Below, one piece after another: positions 11,475 through 23,500 of a DNA stretch of 64,000 nt; the stretch's first letter is position 1; every line of letters begins with the position of its first letter. This stretch comes from Squalus acanthias (lineage: Eukaryota). The stretch lies in the NCBI GenBank assembly GCA_030390025.1, contig CM059437.1, forward strand, positions 54,374,001-54,438,000, given 5' to 3'. The position numbers and the translations under genes are program-made. Below the pieces are notes generated by a model that saw only the letters and a program-made list of their open reading frames with translations, did no database searches and was not told the DNA's origin.

Positions 11475-14400
11475 GTAAGTATATTTTTCGCTTTGTTCAT
11501 CTGAGAGTCTTGAAGTGCGAGTTTTCAATTGTTAGCTTAATCCGGTTGCAGTGAAAAAGCTTCCGAACGTACATTTATAATTCTCCGATTCCCTCTTGGT
11601 GTTTAGAGGGAGATGTATATCTATTCTGTTTGCCAAATGCTCATGAAACTGTCGCGCAACAATTACAATGTTATGGATGAAATTCTAAAATCTACCGAAT
11701 AATTATTTTTAGGTGGGTGGAATTCAGCCTGCACCAGTTTAATTATAATTTATTGGTGATTTGAAACTTATTCGTAAAGCATTGGTCAATCTGCATGAGA
11801 CGGCATTAAACATCTCTCGATACTTGTGAGTGACTTACATTGTCCTCGCGCTGTGCTTCATAACTCACGTAGAGCTAAAAAAAACTATAACCTGAAATAT
11901 TTTTATAATTCCCCGACACGGTGCCATTAAAGATTCCCAATCAGAGAGTTGGAGTATGTGTCATTAGTGCGACATTCTCAGTATTGTATTTCATGTTAGT
12001 CATTAATTCATAATTTCATTAGTGAGTAACGAATAGCTATAAATCACAGTGACTGGGTTAGAAATTATAATAATAAAAATTACAGTTTTTAAGAAGTTGA
12101 TCTTCTTTTTTGCAGACAGGGATATTGCGGTTATCAGAGATAAAATGTGATAAGAGATTTGTTGCCTTTGGAAAGACATTGTGGATGGAGACGGTCATAT
12201 CCTGTCTTGTATAGTTCTTCGTTTTTAAGGAAGCTGGGAAATATTGACTGAAGAGAGATTAGCTTAATTAGGTCAAATGATGCATCCTGGGTAACTACGA
12301 TTTCCTGGAGCTTCCTTGATCCCCTTCAAGAGTTTCAGAGAAATTTCCCAGAGCTTTCCCGGAATTGGTCACGTGTTTTTCGCTGTTTTGGCTCCCCAGA
12401 AGATGACAATACGGGACGGTGCATGAGTGGATATCCTCAGCAACTAAGGGTCTGAAACTCCTTTCCCATCTTTCCATTTGTATATTTGAAGCATTGCAAT
12501 AAGAATCAGTGTTTGAACCCGCGCCGATATTTTAACCACTGAAAGACTTCGACTTCGACTCCGATTTATTTTGTATGGATAGAACCGCGGGATCAGCATT
12601 CGAATTTTTATTTAATTCTGTCAGTAAAAAAGTATAACCCTACAGTTAATCCGAGAGACTCAAAGGGCATTTTTATTGGGATATTTAGCTACAGGCTGTA
12701 GAAAAGGCGCTTTGTTTTATTATAAGTTGTTTCATTCAACTTACATCTGATGCAAGTTAAATTTAGAAGACAATTTTAACAGAGTAGGTGATTATACTTT
12801 CAAACTATTTACACGTCTGACGGTTGGTTTGTCTCAGTTGATAACTTTCTCACGTCTGGATCAGAACGTTTTAGATTTAAATCCTCTTTCCAGGCGTTAC
12901 ATCGGAACATAGGAACAGGCGAACACTATGTAGCCCATTGAGCCTGTTCCACCATTCCATTGGATCATGGCTGATATGTAACTCAACTCCGCCTTTGCTC
13001 CCTATCCCTTGAGATCCTTAGAATACAAAAATCCATCGATCTCAGTCGTGAAAATCTCAATTTACCCAACAGCCACAACCTTTTTGGGGCAGGGGTTTTC
13101 AGATTTCCACCACCCTTTGTGTGAAAGAGTGCTTCCTGGTTTCACTCCTTAATGCCCTAGCTCTAATTTTAATACCTTGCCTTCTTGTTCTGAATTCCCC
13201 CACCAGAGGAAATAGTGATATGGAGGGAGTGCGGCATTGAAGGAAATGCCTTCCTTTGGATAACGCCATTAAGAGGAGTTCCACATTCCTGTTCAAGGGG
13301 ACGTTCACGATCCCATTGCATTATTCAAGGTACAGCAGAAAAGCACATCCCATACTCGCTTCAATCATTGCCTTAAAAGAAAGGGATTTGCGTCTGTAGC
13401 TTCGTGCTTTGTTTAAGCTTACTATCACTGCGCTTCAAAGTCATATGTGTGAAAACTGATGTGGTGCTAGATAATGCTACTCGTTATTCTTCTTATATTA
13501 ACATAAACAAGTAGAAGCAGCTGATCTTTCTGCAGCAGATTGTTCCTCGTCTGACTAGGCATCTAAAAGCCGAAATACTGGGTAGCGATTATATCAAACA
13601 GTTTCCCAAGCGTGACTCTGCCAGGATGTAATTTTAGTCTCAGCATTCAAAGTATAACCGACTGAAAAGACTGAACAGAATGGGGCTCTGAAGCATTGAA
13701 CATGCTGGGTGGTGGCCTAAAAGAGGTCTTTAAATTCATGAAAGCGTTTGATAGTGTAGAAGTAGGAAAGATGTTTCCACTTGATGGGTAGTCCAAAACC
13801 ATGGGTCATAAATAGTTGATAGTCACTAATAAATCCAAGAAGGAATTCAGGAAAAACTTTTTTATCCAAAGAGTGTTTAGACTGTGGAACTTGCTACCAC
13901 ATGCAGCAGATGAAGCGAAATGCCTTTAAGGGGAAGCAAGATAAGTACATGAGGGATAAACGGATGGAAGGATATGCAGATAGGGTTAGATGAATTAGTG
14001 TGGGAGGAGGCTCGTGTGGAGCATGAACACCGACATAGATCAGTTGGGTGGAATGGCCTGTTTCTGTACTCCACATTCTATGTAATTCCATGTAAAAATC
14101 TAAGAAAGTGTGGCGCCGTTTAGCGTTATTAAACTTGCACCGAAATATTCTTAATATGTTTGGACTACATATTAAAAGAAAATTTAAAGAAAGAAAAACT
14201 ATGATCTCCTGTTTTAATCCAAATAAGAGTGAATAGTCTTTCAGTTTTATATTTTTTCTCGATGCACGGAGCCCTCGGTTTTTCTTCAATTCGTTATATA
14301 GTTTTCTAAATCAACGGACCCTAAGTGATTAGTTAAAGAACGTTATTACTCTCCCATTTTAACAATTTTAAGCTAGTACAGACGTACCAAATTTAAAACT

Positions 14401-14484
14401 GTGAGAAAGTAAACGATTGAATGCAGACTCTTTACATCCAATTCAGAGTGGATCTTCACAGGCTGTTCCTACTTTGCTTTTTAG

Positions 14485-14807
14485 ATCCGCGGGCCCCCTC
14501 GGTGACCGTCCTTCCGCCTTCACCGGATCAAATCAGGGAAAAGAACACGGCGACCCTGGTGTGTCTGGTGAACCGCTTCAACCCGGGCGCTGTGGAGATT
14601 GAGTGGACTGTAGATGGTTGTGTCAGAGGGAATGGTGTTGTGACCAGTCGGATCAAGCAGGAGACGGACAACACATTCAGTGTGAGCAGTTATCTGACTC
14701 TACCAGCCTCAGAGTGGAACTCACATGAGCTTTACACCTGTGTGGTTAAACACGAGACTCAGGCAAACCCGCTTAAAACAAGTATCTCCAGATCCAGCAG
14801 TATCTGA
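14485..14807 (+). CDS. IGL: Ig light chain constant exon C1 (lacks the C-terminal Cys)
   Basis: TTTTAG acceptor; PRAPSVTVLPPS..ATLVCLV..EW..FSVSSYLTL..YTCVVKHE..SRSSSI*. L+VJ+C = 49+351+323 = 723 nt, an open 240-aa frame. Confidence 0.95.
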
Positions 14808-14919
14808 CAGAATAATCTTACGTATTCGTCTAATATACCATCAGCAAACTTTCTTTGAACAAAGTTCGAAATTAAAGGTTAGATCTTTTTGGTTTAATTG
14901 CTGTATTTCAAGTTATAGC

Positions 14920-14925
14920 AATAAA
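14920..14925 (+). terminator. Polyadenylation signal after C1 (second AATAAA at 15019-15024)
   Basis: AATAAA ~113 nt after the stop; conserved after C2 (37804) and the orphan C (45620). Confidence 0.6.
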
Positions 14926-16424
14926 TATGCAGTTAGTTTGTTTGCTTGATTGCACGAGGTGAACCCAAGAGTGTGCTGACTCTGCAGTCATCATACCTTT
15001 ACTGTCTCATTGCAGTGTAATAAAATTATTGTTCCACTGTCTCAGATGATATTATTCTTTTCTTGCTTTAATTCTCTCCGAATTTATGATCATTTTTAAA
15101 ACGTCCAAATCTCGAGATTGCACTCTTTGTAGACATTTGCAAATTTTCATAAAACTGCCAAACTCTCAGTAGAAATGAAGATTTAACAGAACGGTTGAGT
15201 GATGGGTCGAACTATAACAACGTATAAAATGCTAAATTCGGTTTGTATATTAATTGAACTACGTTGCGTCTGTGATTGCGTTTAACATTCTCCCTTTTCT
15301 GAATGACCTCGGTGGAAAACTATATAAATACCAAATAACGTTGTATTATACACATTGGATAATATAAATCTTAATCAGAATTCCAGTCGAATAAGAATAT
15401 AAAGTGAATTGAAAAGAGAACGCATAGAAACATAGAATGATGCCGCACAGAAGGAGGCCATGAGGCCCATCGGGTTTGTGCCGGCTCTTTGGAAGAGCTT
15501 CTCCAATTAGGCCCACTCCCTGCTCTTTCCCCATAGCCCTGCTATTTCCTCCCCTTCAAGTATTTCAGCGCCATCTCTGAATTCATCCCACAAGTAGTTA
15601 AAGCACGCATCCCATGATTAGAAACATTCACATGTTCGAGTTTATTTTGAATCAATTTTAATTGCATTGATCAGAGGCATAAGAACACGAACAGTACAAA
15701 TACCCCTTTTTGCGCAAAAGGCTTAGTGAATCAAAGGTATCGCTGTGCAGTGTTCGGTGGTGTGCGCAGATAACGGCTAAATTAGGATAACTTGACATGA
15801 GCAGAATGCATTATGGATGAATGCCTTGAGAATTACTAATGTTACTATGGGACAAACTAGTTTAGGCATAATGGGAAAGTACATGAATGAACTCATCGAA
15901 GCCTTGTAAGAAAACAGACTGAAGAGATATTGAGATAAAGGAACTGGAACCGTCTGCTACATATAAGGTTAGAGCAAGGCATACAAAGACAGCAGTTGAG
16001 ATGGAGTTCCAAGGGCAGAACTATTACAACTCAGTTCAGCTATGCCTGTTTGCTAATCTTTATAAATATGAATGATCAGCAAAAAAAGGTCAGACCCAGC
16101 GCTGCAAACTGCCATGAACAGTACCGTTTGTATGTCCCAAATAGACATTCTACTTCTGAGTTAATCGACGTCTATTACTTACTTTTAGTCTTAGTGCGCT
16201 CTCAAATATCAATAAACATGAGCCAATGTATCACTTACTCATGTGCCTTAGAATCTGTTATTTACTTTATATAGAACAGTTTTGGCGAACATAGAAGATA
16301 GGAACAGGAGTAGGACATTCGGCCCCTCGAGCCTGTTCCGACGTTGAATGAGATCATGGCTGATCATCCAAATTCAGTACCCAGTCCCTGCTTTCTCCCC
16401 ATAAGCCTTGATCCCTTTAGCCTT

Positions 16425-16650
16425 GTGTAACCGCAGCTCCTGCACCTGTGGCCGTGTGACCGGGGCTCCTGCACCTGTGGCCATCTAACCGGGGCTCCGC
16501 TTGCCGTGTAACCGGGGCTCCTGCATCTGTGGCCTTGTAGCCGCGGATCCTGCACCTGTGGCAGTGTACCCGGGGCTCCTGTACCTGTGGCCGTATAACC
16601 GGGGCTCCTGAACATGTGGCTGTGTAACCGAGGCTCCTGCACATGTGGCC
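16425..16650. repeat. 29-bp minisatellite, 8 units (GTGTAACCGGGGCTCCTGCACCTGTGGCC)
   Basis: Units visible directly; paralog with 6 units at 47123-47290. Confidence 0.9.
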
Positions 16651-16654
16651 GGGT

Positions 16655-17420
16655 TAGAAACATAGAAACATAGAAGATAGGAGCAGGAGTAGGCCATTCG
16701 GTCCCTCGAGCCTGCACCGCCATTCAATGCGATCATGTCTGATCATCCAAATTCAGTACCCTGTCCCTGCTTTCTCCCCATATCCCTTGGTCCCTTTAGC
16801 CTTAAGAAATATATCTAACTCCTTCTTGAATATATTTAATAAATTGACCTCAACTGCCTTCTGTGGTAGAGAATTCCACAGGTTCACCACTCTCTGGGTG
16901 AAGAAATTCCTCCTCATCTCAGTCCTAAATGGCTTACCCCTTATCCTTTGACTGTAACCTCTGGTTCTGGACTCCCCGGCCATCGGGAACATCCTTCCTG
17001 CATTTAGTCTGTCTAGTCCTGTTAGAATTTTATCAGTTTCAATGAGATCCCCTCTCATTCTTCTAAACTCTAGCGAATATAAGGCTAATCGACCAATCTC
17101 TCTTCATACGTCAGTCCTGCCATCCCAGGTATCAGTCTGGTGAATCTTCGCTGCACTCCCTTCATGGCAAGAACATCCTTTCTCAGATAAGGCAACAACA
17201 ACTGCGCACAATACTCAAGGTGTGGTCTCACCAAGGCCCTGCACAAACGTAGCAAGACATCCTTGCTCCTGTACTCGAATCCTCTCGCTATGAAGGCCAA
17301 CATACCATTTGCTTTCTTAACCGCCTGCTGCACCTGCATACTTACCTTCAGCGACTGGTGCACAAGGACACCCAGGTCTCGTCGCACTTCCCCTTTTCAA
17401 AATCTATTGCCGTTCAGATA
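16655..17420 (-). mobile_element. 5'-truncated CR1 (ORF2 C-terminus and tail); an extra tail copy lies at ~16288-16423
   Basis: ORFs 17085-17387 (RPHLEYC, VQRRFTRLIPG) and 16753-17058 (RGDLIE..FFTQRVVNLWNSLP). Confidence 0.9.
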
Positions 17421-17422
17421 AT

Positions 17423-17760
17423 GGGCAAAAAATTCGGGTCACCACGTGAGAGTACGCGCAGTGTACTCACCCATAGACCCAGCAAAAGTGCCGGTTTCGC
17501 GCTTGCACTGTGCATGCGCTGGAAACTGGAACTTCCGTTCCCTTGAAGTAAGAGGTTCAGAGTTCAAACGCATGCGCCGGAGAGGCAGCACATATGCCTG
17601 GAACTTCCGGTTTTTTTTTAGGTTTCTCCGTGAGGGTAAGTCCCTAGCAGATGCGTTGAAAAAGCAGGCACAAGGCCTGCTTTTAACAAATAAGTGCTGA
17701 ATTAAGTAAAATTTTAACATTTTTTCCACAGGTTTATATTTTTTAAATTTACTATAACAA
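17423..17760. mobile_element. Truncated Harbinger-type non-autonomous element (paralog ~48060-48400)
   Basis: Starts GGGCAAAAAATT and resembles the left end of the MITE at 34681; right end not found. Confidence 0.5.
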
Positions 17761-18353
17761 CCGAACTACAATTTGCACCATCATAAAGTTCAGCGTGGGA
17801 TTACAGTAAAACTGATTTGCATTGAATGTACAGCGAAAAAACAGGCCATTCGGCCCAACTGATCTATGCCGCCCTTTATGCTCCATATGAGGCTCCTCCC
17901 ACCCTACGTCATTTAACCCTATCACCATATCCTTCTATTCCTTTCTTCCGCTCAAACTCATCTCATCATCTATGCTATTTGTGTCAATTTATCCTTGTGG
18001 TTGCGTGTTCCATATTCTTACCACTCTTTGGGAATGACGTTTCTCCTGAATTCCCTATTGGATTTATTAGTGCCTATCTTATATTTCTGACCTCTAGTTT
18101 TGGACTCCCCCACAAGTGGAAAAAAATTCTTTACGTCTACCCTCTCAAACTCTTCCATTATCTCAGGTCACCCCTTAGCCTTTTCTTTTCTAGAAAAAAG
18201 AGTCTCAGCCTGTTCAGCCTCTCCTGATAAGTATTTCCTCTCGGTTCTGGTATCATCCCTGTGAATATTGTTTGCACCTTCAGCAATGCCTCTATATCCT
18301 CTTTATAATATAGAGACCAGAAATGTGCACAGTACTCCAAGTGTGGTATAACC

Positions 18354-18635
18354 AAAACAAAAGCAAAATACTGCTGATGCTGGAAATCTGAAATTAAAGT
18401 AAAAAAATGCTGGAAATACTCAGCAGGTCAGGCCGCATTTGTAGATAGAGAAACAGGGTTAACATTTCAGATCGAGGATTTATCATCAGAATTGGTGAAA
18501 GTTAGAGATGTTACAGGTTTTAAGCAAGTACAGAGGCAGGGAAAGGGGGAGGGGAGGAAATAACTAAAAGGAAGCTCTGTTGTAGGGTGGAAGGCCGAGG
18601 TAATTAAACGACAAAACGGATGATAGTGCAAGGCC
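18354..18635 (-). mobile_element. Penelope-like terminal-repeat fragment with a degenerate hammerhead motif (paralog ~48993-49275), within CR1 debris
   Basis: Same family as the palindrome at 63599-63822; minus strand has CTGATGA..GAAATGTTAACC at 18457-18493. Confidence 0.55.
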
Positions 18636-20578
18636 GTCGAAAATTTCCTTTGCATTATTTCCAAGACCTTGATATCCAATCTAAAGTGTGGTGTCCAGAA
18701 TTGGATACAAAACTCTAGCTGAGGTCTAACCATCATTTCCTTGCTTTTCTATTCTATGCCTTTATTTATATGCTTTTTTAAGAGCTTTATCAACTTGTCC
18801 TGCCACCTTCAAACATTTGTGTATGTGAATCCCCAGGTCTCATTCTTCCTGCACCCCCTTTGAAATTGTACCATTTAGTTCATACAGTCTCTCGTCATTT
18901 TATTTCCGAAATGCATCACTTCACACTTCTCTGCATTAAATTTAATCTGTCATGTGTCTGCCCAATTCACCAGTCTGTCTATTTCCTCCTGACGACTCCT
19001 ACTAGTCTCCGCATTGTTTATTACATTTCCACGCTTTGTGTACTTCCATAAATTAACCATTGGGCCAAAAATGGCTGTCGACGGCCTACCTCCGGAGTGC
19101 GCGGCCGACCTACGAAAAGAACACACAGCCACCGAAGGTGGCCCTCCTGCAGAAACTTGCGCTCGCACGCTGCGAGTCGGAGGGCAGAGGCTGCGTCCCT
19201 GGGATCACGTGGGCTTGGTCCGCCAATCGGAAAACAGATTGTCTTTCATTCATTTAAATTACTACATTACTTCATTACTACAGCTTTTCAATTACATACA
19301 GATATAGCTTCCTCTTGCGGGAATCCAATTAATTACTTATAATTCTCACTTCTAAGCAAATACTGTGCACGGTGCAGAAAGTTATGAAAATCAAACGTTA
19401 TTTAAGAAAAACCTGCAGCTTTAACATACACTAGGATTGCTTCGCATTTTTGCTGGATGTCATTTATTTAAAAGGAAAGCACTTTATTTTAATTTCGGTA
19501 TCCATTTACGCTGTGGAAACAGGCCCTGCGCCAGCTGTAAAATTTCCGTACGCAATAGCTGGGCAGTTGTTGGGCAAATAGCCCAACTCTGCGCCGGCAA
19601 TTAGGTTTTTGGAGGCGTAACGGATGGCCTCTCAACGCATACAAGCGCATGTGGAAATCCCAAACTTGCGGTGGATTTCAAAGGCAGTATGACAGTGTAC
19701 TCTGAGAGTACGCCGTCATACCCACCTCAAATCCGGGCCCTTTCACATCAATCTACAAAGCCTAAATCGTTTTGGAGAATAGCATCTAACCTACTTTTTT
19801 GTATTATAATACCTCAGCCTCTCGTTGGTTAAATAGAATATCGATACAACAGAACAATGCCCAACATTACAGGTTACAAACTTGCATCCCAGGTGAATGG
19901 AATCGAAGAGTGAAAGGAAGCGCTTTGACTGTATTCCGAAAAGTATAACCAGTGTAATTGCGCGAGGTACCAGGAAATGAAATTTAATAACTACCTTCTT
20001 AGTGTAATAATATAACACTACAGCTGCCCTAAACAGACTGAGATCTCAAAATGCCGAAAGTAATGACGTGGAATAACGTTATTAGCACTCTAGCACATAA
20101 TAAACAACTACTAATAGATAACGACAGCGTCTTAATTTTTTATATCCAGAAATTAGCAATTGCCATGATGCCCAGCAATATATCTGTTGAGAAATTACAT
20201 AGAATACACAGCACCGAAACAGGCCATTCGCCCCATCTAGTCCATGTCGTTGTTTTTGCTCGCGTCGAGCCTCCTCCCATCCTTCCTCATCTAACTTTAT
20301 AAGCGTAACCCTTTATTCCCTAGTCCCGAATATGCTTATCTAGCTTCCCTTTAAATGCGTCTATATTATTCGTGGGTCCTCATATAAAGCTGTGAAAAAC
20401 AGTAGAGATTGTGTTTTCGACCACCGTTTGGGGTATGAACGTGTTACATTCTGTACCTATGTTAACCATTTCCTTTCCTGAAGGTGTACGTAATGGGGTT
20501 AGGGACCTGCATGACCATATGCTTGGCATCAATAATGTTCTGCACACTGCAGAATCCAAACAGTTAGGAAGAAGTCGC

Positions 20579-23500
20579 GGGAGAGAAATTCATTATAGCT
20601 CAGAATAGGCCTCTAACTTTTAAAAATTGACGATTTAATGCCAGGCGCTGATGATTCAGACTGCACGCTAAATTAAGTGATAGCGCTCAAAGGGACACTG
20701 GAGCGCTAAATCAAGTGCTAATAACCCAGTTCAGTGGCGCTACACTCAGAGCACTAAGCAATTTAAGGTACAGTCTAATCGTTAGTCAAGAATGACACAG
20801 GCTCTTTTCAATTCTAAAAGGGAGGTTCAATCATGCTGCAGAACCTCATACTCACCATTGCTGACTCTGAAGTCGAAGGACCGCTGAAGAAGCTTGCATT
20901 ATGGCAGTTCCACGGCCCAGAGAGAGAGAGCTCGGCGATTCACGGACCAGGCATTGGAGGCCTTGGTCCTCAACGTTGAGAAACGGAGGGTGGTGCTGTA
21001 CCCGACAAGTGGCAGGAGGTCCTTACGACAAGTCTTCCACCCACAGCATGTGGAGGGAGATGGCCCAGCAGGTCTCGGGCTGCACTGTGGTCCCAAGGAC
21101 TCTAACACAGTGCAAGAAGAAATTTACCGACCTCACTCGGGTGGTCAGGGTGAGTAAATGCTACGACTACTCCTACATACCACCATCTCAACCTCAGTTT
21201 GCACACACTGCCCAAAGCACCACACTCCCAGTACTCACCCACCAACAATCTGGACCTACCAACACTCATACCCACATCTCACACCTTGCATACAATGACT
21301 GCTATTCAACAATGGCAGGCACATCTCCTAAACACATTGCTGCAGACTCATTTACACCCTTTCCTTTCTCTTGCAGGCCAAGGTCCCTCGCATCAGGATG
21401 GAGCAGAAGCACACAGGAGGGGACAACCTGATACACAACCACTCTCTGACCTGGAGGAGCGAGTGCGTTGCATCATTGGGTGTCAGGTGATGGGCGCCGT
21501 GGCGGCCAGTGACGTTGACCCCCTTGTGGACAACAACGGTATATTCATCCTTACTCCTTCTCACATCCCACTTTTCCCCCCACCCCACAAGCCTTTTCTA
21601 CTTTCCAGTTAATCATACTGTATGCATGCCTTTCTCCCTTCCTGCCACCCTCCCCTCACCTTAACTGAAATCTTGTGCCTTTATGTTTTCAGATAGTGAC
21701 CAGTAGCTGAGCAGCCTGTAGCTGAGGGTTCCGCTCAGATCAAGCTGAGAGACGAGGAGAATGAAGAACACACCGCGTCACTGCATGTCTCACCCGCAGG
21801 CACCGGCTCAGATACTGGTACTACGCATTCTTTAGAGGGAGTATAGTAGTGGGGTCTGCAGTGGGAGAGCGGGCTACAGCAAGTCCAGGGGGAAAGGATC
21901 GTTTGGGAGCCAGCTCCCCAGATGGCGAGTTCATGCATGAGTTCTGCAGCACAGGACGCGGGTGAGGATATCAATGGGGAGGCCTTTAAAAGATGGGTGA
22001 TGGGCATGCACATGGAGATGATAGGTGCAATGGCAAGGGTGCCCGAGAGCCTTTCGGCAAAGGTAAGGAGTGTGGAGGAGTCCACCTCCAATATTGCACA
22101 AGGCTCTGCGCACACCATGGAGCCCATCATTTCCAGTCTGCAAAGGATGGTATAATCCCAGAGAGACCATGGCGATCCAGACCTCATGCCGCATGTGATT
22201 GGCGATCTGGCATCTTCCATTGCAGCACAGGCAGAAGCTACACAACGTCTTAGTGCTGTAATGCAGTCTATGCTCGGTGGCATCCAATCTCAGACGGCTC
22301 TCCTGTCACAGAGAAATTAAACAAATTGAGGATTGGTTAACGGACAGAAAACAGAGAGTGGGAGGAAACGTGTCATTTTCGGGTTGGCAGGCTGTAGCTA
22401 GTGGGGTACCACAATGATCAGTGCTTGGGCCTCAGCTATTCACAATCTACATCAATGATTTGGATGAGGGAACCAAATGTAATGTATCCAAGTTTGCTGA
22501 TGATACAAACCTAGGTGGGAATGTAACTTGTGAGGAGAATGCAAGGCGGCTTCAAGGGGATAGAGACAGGCTGAGCGAGTAGGCAAGAACATTGCAAATG
22601 GAATATAACGTGGAGAAACGTGAAGTTGTCTACTTTGATAGGAAAATAGAAAAGCAGAGTATTTCTTAAATGGTGAGAGATTGGGAAATGTTGGTGTTCA
22701 GAGGGACATGGGTGTCCTTGTACACGAATCACTAAAAGTTAACATGCAGGTACAACAAGCAATTAGGAAAGCAAATGCTATGGTGGCCTTTATTACAAGA
22801 GGATTTGAGTGTAAGAGTAAAGATGTCTTACTACAATCATATAGTGCCGTGGTGAGACCACACCTGGAGTATTGTGTACAGTTTTGGTCTCCTTACCTAA
22901 GGAAGGATATACTTGCCATAGTGCAACGAAGGTTCACCAGACTGGTTCCTGGGATGGGGGATTGTCCTATGAGGAGAGATTGAGTAGACTAGGCCTATAT
23001 TCTCCAGAGTTTAGAAAAATGAGAGGTGATCTCATTGAAACATACAACATTCTTACACGGCTTGACAGGGTAGATACAGGGAGGATGTTTCCCCTGGCTG
23101 GGGAGTCTAGAACCAGGGGACACATTCTCAGAGGAGGGATCGGACAATTAGGACTGAGATGAGCAGAAATTTCTTCACACAGAGGGTGGTGAATCTTTGG
23201 AATTCTTTACCCCAGAGTGCTGTGCAGGCTCAGTCGTTGATTATATTCAAGACAGAGATCGATAATTTTTTGAATATTAAGGGTATCAAAGGATATGGGG
23301 ATAGTGCAGGAAAGTGGAGATGAGGTTGAAGATCAGCCATGATCTTATTGAATGGCGAAGCAGGCTCAAAAGGCCAAATGGCCTACTCCTGCTCCTATTT
23401 CATATGTTCTTATGCTGCCGCCCATACTGAGTGGTGTAGTCTGCAGCCGGGCCTTGCAGTCCCAGAGCTGGTCGAGGGCATCCTGAAAGGGCATCTTAAG

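Noticed and set aside
12045-12085. CACAGTG heptamer in the J-C intron of cluster 1 as a relic RSS
   Set aside because: No convincing nonamer at 12 or 23 bp spacing, and the heptamer is not conserved in cluster 3 (CATAGTG).
13894-14289. 131-aa minus-strand ORF identical at 44594-44989
   Set aside because: Composed of intron and CR1-tail sequence; the identity reflects the duplication or conversion tract, not coding constraint.
16364-16736. Repetitive ORFs, or a CRISPR-like array
   Set aside because: Head-to-tail 29-bp minisatellite with no unique spacers and no cas genes, in a vertebrate context.
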